Origin: Promethearchaeota archaeon
GTDB lineage: Archaea > Asgardarchaeota > Lokiarchaeia > Sigyniarchaeales > SOKP01
Reading direction: 5' to 3'
Assembly (NCBI GenBank): GCA_048939015.1
Contig: JBHLPW010000068.1
Location: 1-23,835 of the forward strand
Length of the DNA: 23,835 bases
A program made the translations under genes and the position numbers. Of the stretch, positions 1 through 8,629 are shown in pieces (within the stretch, counting starts at the first letter, position 1; every line of letters begins with the position of its first letter). The notes below the pieces were generated by a model that was given only the letters and a program-made list of their open reading frames with translations, searched no databases and was not told the DNA's origin.

Positions 1-12
1 TAACTATTCTAT

Positions 13-633
13 TTATTTAATAAAGATTTTTGGTACTTTTTTACTATCATAGGCGATAATTAATAATTTTAGGATATTTCTAAATTCATATAATTGATCG
101 AATTCCAAATCCTCACAATAGTCGATATAGCTTAATAAAGAAACAATGTTTTCACTCTTTTTTTCTATTTTTAGACTTTCAAATATAAAATCTATAATTG
201 AGTTAACTGATTTTGGATTTTTTTTAATCAGTTCTAGCATAAAATAATGAACATTATTTCTAACATCCTCAGATTCATCTCTTAAAAGTTTTGCAAGTAA
301 GGAGAAATTTTTTTCAATTAAGGTAGGTTTAGCAACCAAATAAAATCCAATAGTAATTAAAGTGTTTAACTTCAGCTTTACGTTCTTAGAGTTAAGAAAC
401 TTCTCAATCTTTTTCAATATTCTCTCATTGATGAGCTCAATCTGATTTTCTGCTATGATACTTAAAATATATGTTATTTGGACAATGTTTTCTTGTTGAT
501 CTAGTAATGCTTGAAATTCTTCTATTAATTTTCTGGCTTTATCAATTTTACTTTTTTTTAAATATTTATTTAGTTTGTCAACTTTTTCAACTATTACATT
601 ATCTTTAAAATCTTCAATATTAAACATTAACAA
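13..633 (-). CDS. HEAT/ARM-like helical repeat protein
   Basis: 206 aa of amphipathic helix pairs with HEAT-like signatures (FLNSKNVKLKLNTL, LLRDESEDVRNNV). Lies 13 nt downstream of the HAD gene on the same strand. Confidence 0.6.
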   Translation of the reverse strand: MLMFNIEDFKDNVIVEKVDKLNKYLKKSKIDKARKLIEEFQALLDQQENIVQITYILSIIAENQIELINERILKKIEKFLNSKNVKLKLNTLITIGFYLVAKPTLIEKNFSLLAKLLRDESEDVRNNVHYFMLELIKKNPKSVNSIIDFIFESLKIEKKSENIVSLLSYIDYCEDLEFDQLYEFRNILKLLIIAYDSKKVPKIFIK

Positions 634-646
634 TTTACCTAAGGTA

Positions 647-1372
647 TTAATTCAATAAGAATTTTTTGAATTGTTCAATTTCTATAATGTTCTTAACATC
701 TTTAACCATATATGTGGGATTAGCTTTTTCTAAACTTATTCTTGTCCCATGACCAGAAAGTAATGCTATACTTTTAACACCTGCATTTTTAGCACATTCA
801 ATATCTGCAGGAAGATCACCAACATAATATACTTTATCTCTGTTTATCATGTAGTTAAATTTTCTCTTAATATACATTAATGCAGTAATGATTGGATAAG
901 GACTAGGTTTTCTCATGGGAGTATCATCACGGGAAATAAAAACAGAAAAAAATCTATCTAATTCTAATTCTTTTCTAAAATACTCTAACCTTTTTCTACT
1001 TGTATTTGAGACAATTCCTAATAAAAGCCCTTTCTTTTTAAGTTGAATTAATACTTTTTCAAGGTTGGGTTTTAATCTCTCATATTTCTCATATTTTGGA
1101 TACATACGCCTAAATCTGATAAAAAATAAATTTCTCTTCCAAATATTAGAGATAAACGGTTTAAAGACTCTGTTTATGCGTTTTAAAGCCACTATTCTAT
1201 TTTTTGAATCTGATTCTTCAAAAAGTCGAGCATAATCAATGAGTCTCAACACTTCTGTATTTTGCCATTTGTAAAAATTATTTTTTAAGTGTACTAATGC
1301 CGTATATTCAAGAGCCTTCTGAGTAATAATAACTCCATCAAAATCAAACAAAATTATTAGTGGGTGAGACAT
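647..1372 (-). CDS. HAD-superfamily hydrolase (phosphoglycolate phosphatase-like)
   Basis: Motif I FDFDG, motif II SN, motif III KPSP, motif IV GDLPAD followed by AKNAG. Confidence 0.9.
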   Translation of the reverse strand: MSHPLIILFDFDGVIITQKALEYTALVHLKNNFYKWQNTEVLRLIDYARLFEESDSKNRIVALKRINRVFKPFISNIWKRNLFFIRFRRMYPKYEKYERLKPNLEKVLIQLKKKGLLLGIVSNTSRKRLEYFRKELELDRFFSVFISRDDTPMRKPSPYPIITALMYIKRKFNYMINRDKVYYVGDLPADIECAKNAGVKSIALLSGHGTRISLEKANPTYMVKDVKNIIEIEQFKKFLLN

Positions 1373-1471
1373 CAGTGTTTTTAAAAAAGCTATTTAAAAC
1401 TTAAATTTATCCAAATTTTATTTTAAAAAAAAAAGAAAATTTAAAAAAAAATAGAATAAATTCTTACAATT

Positions 1472-2131
1472 CTATGCGTCAATTTCGTCGGGTTCGACCG
1501 ATACGTGAGAAAGCAACCAATCGAGTTGTTTTTCCCTTTTATTGATGTTGAGAACAGTATTAAGAATCATAACTTCATCTGCTTTTCCTGGCATAATTGT
1601 TAAACGTCCGGCACGAAGCATAAAGAATTCAAAGACATCAGGGATATCTTTCTTAAATCGTAGACTCTTTACTGGATATCTTTCCGCCGAGCTAAACAGA
1701 CCTGATTTATGGTGAATTTCGTTCCTCTCAATTTTATAATATTCAAACCTTGTACTAATAATTACAATTCCTAAAATGAAGGCTAAAATTAATGTCATCA
1801 CCATATAAAATTCCCATGGTAAAGCTAAATCCAATTGTATTCCTGTAATATCCAATGTAAAATTCGGTAATACTAAGAAAACAACTATTAATAGAACGAT
1901 AACAATAGCTAATATCAATACAAAGAATTTAGTCGAGGAGAAATCAAAAGCAGTTACAAATATATTTATGAAAAAAACAATAAACCATACATATCCTAGT
2001 ATAGCATTAGGGGTTGTAAATGCTTGGATTAGCCATAAAACAAAGCTGGTGATAAGTAAGGGCCAGAAAAAGATAATTTTAGGGTAACTTCTTAAAAAAA
2101 TTTCATCTGGTTGTGTTTTTTTTTGAGACAT
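1472..2131 (-). CDS. Membrane protein, about 4 TM helices plus a C-terminal soluble (PH-like) domain
   Basis: Four hydrophobic segments, then a beta-rich tail (EYYKIERNEIHHKSGLF...EFFMLRAGRLTI) resembling bacterial-type PH domains. Confidence 0.6.
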   Translation of the reverse strand: MSQKKTQPDEIFLRSYPKIIFFWPLLITSFVLWLIQAFTTPNAILGYVWFIVFFINIFVTAFDFSSTKFFVLILAIVIVLLIVVFLVLPNFTLDITGIQLDLALPWEFYMVMTLILAFILGIVIISTRFEYYKIERNEIHHKSGLFSSAERYPVKSLRFKKDIPDVFEFFMLRAGRLTIMPGKADEVMILNTVLNINKREKQLDWLLSHVSVEPDEIDA

Positions 2132-2356
2132 AATAAACTTTCACTTAATATTTATTTTAATTTATAGAAGATTATAAAAATAATAGATAGATGTGTTATT
2201 TAAATATTAGTATGTTTTCAATATACCTAAAAATTCGATAGAAGGGATAAAATCTTTTTATATAATCTGTTATAGGACTAACTTTGATAATTAAAAATGT
2301 CCCAAATCAATTAAAAAAAATTTTTAACAAAGAATTGAAAATTTTATGAAAACAAC

Positions 2357-3103
2357 TTAATAGAAATTAATTGATTGAATCATTTTATAAGATAAAGTTA
2401 TTTGCTGATTTCCTTGGTCACTAATCCCCATATGGCCTGGAAGCAAGTACTTTACATCAAGATCATTTACTTTTTTAATCGAATTAATTAATGTATCTAA
2501 CGATCCTCCTGGAAAGTCAAATCTTCCGAAACTACCTCCTGTAAAAACTAAATCTCCTGGAATAAGAATTCTTTTATCTGGATCGTAATAAGAAATAGAT
2601 CCTAAGGAATGACCGGGTGTATAATGAATTTGGAATTTGTATTCAGAGGAAATTAATATTTTTTTACTATTAATCAAATCAATCACTTTTAAAGGAGTAA
2701 TTTCAACTCCAAACATTCTTGCAGAAATTCCAAGATTTCCAGGAAGGATTCGAGTTTCATCCCCTTCAGACAAGATGTTGGCAGTTTCACCATAAGCAAA
2801 GATTTCAAGTGGATCGCTCTTACTTAGTTTTACCAATGGGTAGAGTCCTAATACATGATCAACATGTTCATGAGTTAGAAAAACTTTAGTTATATTAGAG
2901 GGATTAAGATTACATTTTTCCATTCCTTTGAATAAACCATTAAGAGAGATTCCATTCCCTGCATCAAACAATGTTAATTCTTCAGTAGATGGATCTTTAA
3001 TAATATATTGATTACAATCTAGCATTTGATTTTCTGCAAAATAAAATAAATTTTTACAAATTTCTTTTCCTTTTTTTTCAGAGTCTGATCCAGGAAAAAA
3101 CAT
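2357..3103 (-). CDS. Metallo-beta-lactamase fold hydrolase (glyoxalase II-like)
   Basis: THEHVDH, TPGHS, GDLVF, GRFDFPGG and PGH motifs. GGTGA Shine-Dalgarno 7 nt upstream of the ATG. Confidence 0.9.
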   Translation of the reverse strand: MFFPGSDSEKKGKEICKNLFYFAENQMLDCNQYIIKDPSTEELTLFDAGNGISLNGLFKGMEKCNLNPSNITKVFLTHEHVDHVLGLYPLVKLSKSDPLEIFAYGETANILSEGDETRILPGNLGISARMFGVEITPLKVIDLINSKKILISSEYKFQIHYTPGHSLGSISYYDPDKRILIPGDLVFTGGSFGRFDFPGGSLDTLINSIKKVNDLDVKYLLPGHMGISDQGNQQITLSYKMIQSINFY

Positions 3104-3110
3104 AATCAGT

Positions 3111-3115
3111 TCACC
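3111..3115 (-). promoter_or_regulatory. Shine-Dalgarno (GGTGA) of the MBL hydrolase gene
   Basis: tcacc on + strand = GGTGA on - strand, with a 7-nt spacer to the ATG at 3103. Confidence 0.6.
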
Positions 3116-3214
3116 AATAAACAGCTTTTGAAAAGATAAAAAAGACTTGACTTTAATGTTTTTCTTTTTAAAAATATAAAATTATTAAATATACAAAAAA
3201 TAACTAATAATTGT

Positions 3215-3613
3215 ATGAAGAATCACCCCAATATTGAAGAATTAAAATCAAAAATAAAGCTAGGGATAAAATGTTGGCTGGAATTTGAAAATGCAAGTGT
3301 ATTGGGTTCTGGGTGGGCAGAACTACTGGAAAACATCAAGAAAAATGATGGAGGTTCTCTAACTCAGGCAGCAAAAGAATGTACTCATAAAAAAAAAGAA
3401 GGATATTCTTACAAATATGCTTGGAATATTTTGAAAAGAATTGAAAATCGAACTGGAATGAGTCCTGTAATTACTGGAAAGGGGGGTCGTGGTGGAGGGG
3501 GTTGGGTTAAGTTAAATGAGTGGGGGCTGTATCTATTAGAAACATATAAAAAATACATAAATGAAATTGAAAAAATTGAAAAGAGGCTAGGAGAAACAAA
3601 GAGGCTTAGCTAA
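3215..3613 (+). CDS. ModE-family winged HTH transcriptional regulator (N-terminal domain only)
   Basis: LGSGWAELLENI..GSLTQAAKE..YSYKYAWNILKRIE..GGRGGG..LNEWG matches the ModE wHTH pattern. No molybdate-binding TOBE domains. Confidence 0.85.
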   Translation: MKNHPNIEELKSKIKLGIKCWLEFENASVLGSGWAELLENIKKNDGGSLTQAAKECTHKKKEGYSYKYAWNILKRIENRTGMSPVITGKGGRGGGGWVKLNEWGLYLLETYKKYINEIEKIEKRLGETKRLS

Positions 3614-3703
3614 TAATTATATTTTAATTTCAATAATGATTATTTTCAATAAGCAATTTAGTTACTATATCTTTTTCATAATAATGTAATATGGGGTTTT
3701 ACG

Positions 3704-4129
3704 ATGGAAGATCGTCTAACACAATTAGGTAAAACAAAAGTTTCAGAGATTATGATAAAAGATCCATTAGTTACTTACCCAAAAGAAAAAATAAGTACCA
3801 CTGAACTTTTAATGGTCAGAAAAAATATTAGTGGTCTTCCAGTTGTTAAGGATCGTAATAATAGACAACTTATTGGTATTATTACACAAAGAGATATACG
3901 TCTAGCTAGATTTGCAATGAGTTTAAATTCTCCCAACACAACTGTAAAGGATTTAATGACACCAGATCCATTTACTGTGAATGAAGATGACACTTTAATA
4001 TATGCATTAGAGATAATGCTTAAAAATAAAATTCAACGTTTACCAGTTGTAAATGAAATTAGTGAATTAAAAGGATTAGTAATACAAAATGTGATTTTAA
4101 AAATCCTTCTACAATTTTTTCAAAAATAA
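3704..4129 (+). CDS. CBS-domain pair protein
   Basis: VSEIM..P, ISGLPVV, LIGIITQRDI, VKDLM..P, IQRLPVV. Confidence 0.92.
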   Translation: MEDRLTQLGKTKVSEIMIKDPLVTYPKEKISTTELLMVRKNISGLPVVKDRNNRQLIGIITQRDIRLARFAMSLNSPNTTVKDLMTPDPFTVNEDDTLIYALEIMLKNKIQRLPVVNEISELKGLVIQNVILKILLQFFQK

Positions 4130-4231
4130 TTAAAAGAAATCATATTTATTTAATTTATAAAAAAATTATAAAAACCAGTAATTTTAGATTATTAATAAGA
4201 AAACCAAAAAAAATAACTCAATTGAAAAAAA

Positions 4232-5746
4232 ATGGCACTACCCTTACCCGGAACACCGATAATAATTGATATTGGATCAGCATATGTTAAGATTGGATTT
4301 TCGGGAGAACCTGGACCTAGGTTTGTGTTTCCCTGCATTACTGGTACTGAAAAGTATAAATCTGTTATGGTCGATGTAAGTGCCAGAAGTATTTATGTTG
4401 GTAACGATGTATCTCGTATGCGTGGCGTTTTAAAAATAAAACATCCTGTAAACCGTGGAGAAATTATGGATTGGGAAAGCTACTACGAGATCTTAAATTA
4501 CATCTTTTATTCATTACTTAGAATAGATAATTTGTCAACCTATCCTGTATTCTATTGCGAAACTCCGTTTATGCATAGAGATACTAAAGAATACATAGCT
4601 AGACTTTTTTTTGAGACTCATCAAGTAAAAAGCTTAATAATGATGCCTACTCCTTTATTATCATTATTTAGCGTTGGATTGACAACAGGGTTAGTAATTG
4701 AAAGTGGAGATGGATTAACTTGGGTTGTTCCAATAGTCAATGGACAAATAATCCAACATGCAGTTCAAAAACTTCCTTTAGCCGGAGTAGATGTAAATCA
4801 AAACCTTAAGAGTCTCTTAATGAGAGAGGGTGTTAGCATTTCTTCTAGTGCTGCAGATGAGATAATTCAAGAAATAAAAGAGAAGAACTGTTATTTTGCT
4901 TTGGATCCTAATATCACTCCAAAAGTAGGGGAAATGTTTAAAGTACCAATGCCAGATGGTTCTACAATTAATGCTCCATCCTATATTCTTTATCAGGCTC
5001 CAGAAGTATTATTTAATCCTGCAATGTTAGGTTATGGGAATATTATGAATATACCTCAGGCAGTTATTGCAAGTATGAGAGCAATAGATAATAATTATTG
5101 GCACGATCTGTTATCTCATATCGTCTTTTCAGGAGGAAATCTTTCATATAATGGTTTCCAAGAACGATTTGAATCAGAGATAGAACCTCTCCTTCCCCAA
5201 TTAGGTAAAATACCCAAACCAGTGGCACCTCTTACGGCAGTAAAAAGTGAATTAATTAAACTACAAGCTGTTGAGATTGTAAAGAAAAAAGAAGATAATT
5301 GCCCACATTGTGGTGCTTTAGTAAATTTAGCTGATGGAAATGAGATATGTCCATCCTGTGGTGGGACATTAGTCTTACCAAAAATTGAAATTGGAACTTT
5401 AGGACAAGTAAATAAAGATATAGGCAAATGTCCTCATTGTAATAAAGATATAGTTGATAAAACATCACTTTTCTGTCCATATTGTGGAAAAGCTATTGAA
5501 GCTTTAGGAAAAGTTGATATCCCCAAAGAGATTACACAAAAAACACCTGCACAAGAATTTTCTGAATTCATGGAAACTGCTAATAAAATCATCAAATTTT
5601 TTGTACCAGATAATTTGCAATATGCAATTTTTACTGGTGCAGCCATCTTAGGAAGTTTGCCTTCTTTCCAACAAATGTTTATTACTTATGATCAATTCCA
5701 AACAAATAGAGAATCGTTATATAGAGATATTAGTGAAATTCTGTAA
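4232..5746 (+). CDS. Actin-family (actin-related) protein with an inserted double zinc ribbon
   Basis: Phosphate-1 DIGSAYVKIGFSGE, phosphate-2 ESGDGLT, IKEKNCYFALD, PDG, APEVLFNP, adenosine motif VFSGG, C-terminal GAAILGSLPSFQQMFIT. Four CPxC pairs lie in the insertion. Confidence 0.92.
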   Translation: MALPLPGTPIIIDIGSAYVKIGFSGEPGPRFVFPCITGTEKYKSVMVDVSARSIYVGNDVSRMRGVLKIKHPVNRGEIMDWESYYEILNYIFYSLLRIDNLSTYPVFYCETPFMHRDTKEYIARLFFETHQVKSLIMMPTPLLSLFSVGLTTGLVIESGDGLTWVVPIVNGQIIQHAVQKLPLAGVDVNQNLKSLLMREGVSISSSAADEIIQEIKEKNCYFALDPNITPKVGEMFKVPMPDGSTINAPSYILYQAPEVLFNPAMLGYGNIMNIPQAVIASMRAIDNNYWHDLLSHIVFSGGNLSYNGFQERFESEIEPLLPQLGKIPKPVAPLTAVKSELIKLQAVEIVKKKEDNCPHCGALVNLADGNEICPSCGGTLVLPKIEIGTLGQVNKDIGKCPHCNKDIVDKTSLFCPYCGKAIEALGKVDIPKEITQKTPAQEFSEFMETANKIIKFFVPDNLQYAIFTGAAILGSLPSFQQMFITYDQFQTNRESLYRDISEIL

Positions 5747-5899
5747 ATAAAAAAGAAGATATTTAATTTTTAAATCGTATTTCTTACATCATCACATAAA
5801 ATTGAAATTTTACAATATGTTCTTATAATCTTAAAAGAATTTTTAAAAAAAGCTATATTTTTAAAATTAAATTTTAAGTTAACAGTTAGGTATTGTTCT

Positions 5900-6997
5900 T
5901 TGAAGTACAAGTCTCAAAAATTATTTATCAGCATTCTTATATTTATTATTGCATTAAACATAATTCCTAGTGTTTTAGGAAAAACACGAGGAAATTATCT
6001 TACTAGTTTCATATTAAATAATGAAATTGATGGAGAAGGATTTTCTAACGCTATTTTCCCAAGTGAACCCGCAATATCTTTTGAAGCGACATCTCATGCT
6101 ATAGAGATTCTAGATAATTATGGAATAAATCCACATGATATTGAGACCCTAGAAGAGAACTTGGAAGATCAAATAAATGATATCTTGGATGATAATGATC
6201 CCAATTTATATGATTTATATTATTTATTGAATTCACTGAAAATGCTAGATCCTGTAATTGATTCAACCATATTGGGTGAAATTGAGACGCATCTAAATTT
6301 TACCAAACAAGCGACAGGTGGCTTTTCTTATTCAAATACTACTAAGGCAGTAAGTTTAGCTTCAACATACTTCTCTATTCGACTTCATGCATTAATAGAT
6401 AAACCCATAGAAAATATTACAATTCATAGAGATTGGGTTCTTTCGTGTTATAATAATGATGGTGGATATGGAAGTAATCAAAGTTTAAGTTCAACCTTAG
6501 TAGATACTTGTTTTGCAGTTTTTATCTTGGAGGAATTGGAAGAAATAGAATCTTTGAACAGTCCTATTAACACTTTAGGTTATATTCAATCTTTTTTTAT
6601 TATAGATTCTAAAGACCAAATTAATTATGGTGGGTATATCCCTGATGAATATTCTCAATATGCGTTATTAAGTAGCACGTATTATTCTACGAAAGCAGTT
6701 TCTTTAATTGATGATTCTAAATTATTTAAAGCAACTATAAGAAATTGGGTATTAGCACACCAAAATTTTAGAGATGGTGGATTTGTTGAAAATAATGAGA
6801 TTGATCAAGAAAAATCATCCTCAATCATATTCAGCTATTATGCTTTCGAGACATTAAAGACATTAGATTCATTATCTAGTTTACTTAGTGAAATATGGGC
6901 AGTTGAATTTGATTATTGGATTTTAATAATAATCTTAAGTTCTATTGCCATAATTATTGTTGTAGCAATCATCCTCTATAAAAGAACAAGGTTATAA
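5900..6997 (+). CDS. Type I membrane/secreted protein with prenyltransferase/squalene-cyclase-type alpha-alpha barrel repeats
   Basis: N-terminal signal-like segment, repeated GGF/GGY motifs (TGGFS, DWVLSCYNNDGGYG, YGGY, NWVLAHQNFRDGGF), C-terminal TM helix and short basic tail YKRTRL. Confidence 0.75.
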   Translation: MKYKSQKLFISILIFIIALNIIPSVLGKTRGNYLTSFILNNEIDGEGFSNAIFPSEPAISFEATSHAIEILDNYGINPHDIETLEENLEDQINDILDDNDPNLYDLYYLLNSLKMLDPVIDSTILGEIETHLNFTKQATGGFSYSNTTKAVSLASTYFSIRLHALIDKPIENITIHRDWVLSCYNNDGGYGSNQSLSSTLVDTCFAVFILEELEEIESLNSPINTLGYIQSFFIIDSKDQINYGGYIPDEYSQYALLSSTYYSTKAVSLIDDSKLFKATIRNWVLAHQNFRDGGFVENNEIDQEKSSSIIFSYYAFETLKTLDSLSSLLSEIWAVEFDYWILIIILSSIAIIIVVAIILYKRTRL

Positions 6998-7078
6998 AGT
7001 TTCAGCAATCATTTCATATTTAGATATTAATAAATTTTCTTTTTTTAATTTCAAAGTATATTATACTCTAGATTAATT

Positions 7079-7942
7079 ATGAACAACAAAATTTTAGATG
7101 GTAAAAAACTGGCAGAAAAATTAAATTCAGAATTAAAAACCCAGATTAAAAATGCTGTAAAAGAAACAGGAATTAGACCAAAACTAGCTACTATTCTTGT
7201 AGGAAACGATCCCGCTTCAAGACTCTATGTTAATATTAAAAATAGAACATGTCAACAGGTTGGTATTGATTCTATTATCGTAGAGTTAGATGAAAATATC
7301 TCAAAGGAAACACTTTTAAATGAAATTGATAAACTTAATAAAAACCCAACGGTTCATGGAATTTTACTTCAATTACCACTTCCTGATAATCTAAAAGAAT
7401 TTACTTCTGAATTTTTAGTTAAAATTTTACCAGTAAAAGATTCAGATGGATTAAATCCCTTAAATAGAGGTAAGCTCTTCGATTATAATGAAGAATTAGC
7501 GGCGTGCACTCCTAAGGGGATAATTAAATTACTGGAACATAATAAAGTTGATCTTAGAGGAAAGGATGTGGTAATAATTAATCGTTCAAATTTAGTGGGT
7601 AAACCTTTGATCTTTATGTTACTGAAAAGAAATTCGACGGTTACGATATGTCATACTTCTACTAAAGATATCGACGAATATATCAGTAAAGCAGATATCA
7701 TAATAGTAGCTGTTAAACGACCAAAATTTATTACAAAAGAAAAAATTAAGCAAGATGCAGTCATCATCGATGTTAGTACGAATCGAGTTGAAGGAAAATT
7801 ATGTGGTGATGTAGATTTTGAAGATGTTTTAGAGAAATGTCAAAAAATAACCCCTGTTCCTGGTGGAGTTGGACCAATGACAGTAGCAATGCTTTGTGAG
7901 AATACATTTATAGCGTATAAGAAACAAGTTAATTTATCCTGA
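7079..7942 (+). CDS. folD: Bifunctional methylenetetrahydrofolate dehydrogenase/cyclohydrolase
   Basis: ILDGK, VGNDPAS..YV..K, HGILLQLPLP, CTPKG, RSNLVGKP, GDVDF, TPVPGGVGPMT. Confidence 0.97.
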   Translation: MNNKILDGKKLAEKLNSELKTQIKNAVKETGIRPKLATILVGNDPASRLYVNIKNRTCQQVGIDSIIVELDENISKETLLNEIDKLNKNPTVHGILLQLPLPDNLKEFTSEFLVKILPVKDSDGLNPLNRGKLFDYNEELAACTPKGIIKLLEHNKVDLRGKDVVIINRSNLVGKPLIFMLLKRNSTVTICHTSTKDIDEYISKADIIIVAVKRPKFITKEKIKQDAVIIDVSTNRVEGKLCGDVDFEDVLEKCQKITPVPGGVGPMTVAMLCENTFIAYKKQVNLS

Positions 7943-8154
7943 GTAATTAAGTAATTTAAATGTTTTACGGATTAATATATTGTAATCTAAAAAAAAAAGA
8001 TAGTTACGATCCTCTTTTACATCAAAAAACAATTAAAAATATATTAAATAAAGGTTTTAAAAAGAATTAGAAATAAAAACTTTTGTTTTTAACATTTAAT
8101 CAAATAATTGAATAATAATATTATTTCAGATAGACTATAAATTCCTTTTTGAAA

Positions 8155-8610
8155 ATGGCTATACTAGAAGTTGGAATTAATCTTGGAATGAGAAACTTAG
8201 TTGAGATAAAATATTATACATCTTCGGATAATGTATTGGATCCAAACTTACGTGCTGGCTTTCTAACGGCCTTGGAATCTTTCACCACTGAGGTTTTCGG
8301 CGATGACATCTCAATCATTAGTTTAGCTTCTTTCAAATTAGTCTGTTATTGCGAGATGATTCAATTACCTGACGAAATTGCTGAAAATAAACAACCTTTA
8401 TTGTCATATGCCATCATTGAGAAAGGAACAGATGCCTCAATAGTAAAGGAACAATTAAGTCAAATTTTGTCTTATTTTCTCAATCGTTACCCCCTAAATG
8501 ATATATTTTCGAAAAAACCTAAATATTTTAAACAATTTGAAACTCGAATCAATGACACATTAGGCGATTTGAGACTAAAAACAGAAGATAGATTTCGATC
8601 TTTATTTTAA
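8155..8610 (+). CDS. Longin-like domain protein
   Basis: Two beta strands, then helix DPNLRAGFLTALESFTTEVFG, three strands, then helices ending F.NRY..F..RIND, which is the longin topology. ATG at 8155 preferred over TTG at 8149. Confidence 0.6.
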   Translation: MAILEVGINLGMRNLVEIKYYTSSDNVLDPNLRAGFLTALESFTTEVFGDDISIISLASFKLVCYCEMIQLPDEIAENKQPLLSYAIIEKGTDASIVKEQLSQILSYFLNRYPLNDIFSKKPKYFKQFETRINDTLGDLRLKTEDRFRSLF

Positions 8611-8629
8611 AAATAAATAGAGGTTTACT

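Noticed and set aside
5198-5587. Actin insertion as an intein or mobile element
   Set aside because: No Cys/Ser...His-Asn splice junctions, no endonuclease motifs and no terminal repeats.
5116-5646. Three short - strand ORFs inside the actin insertion
   Set aside because: Antisense shadows of a well-supported CDS with no recognisable motifs.
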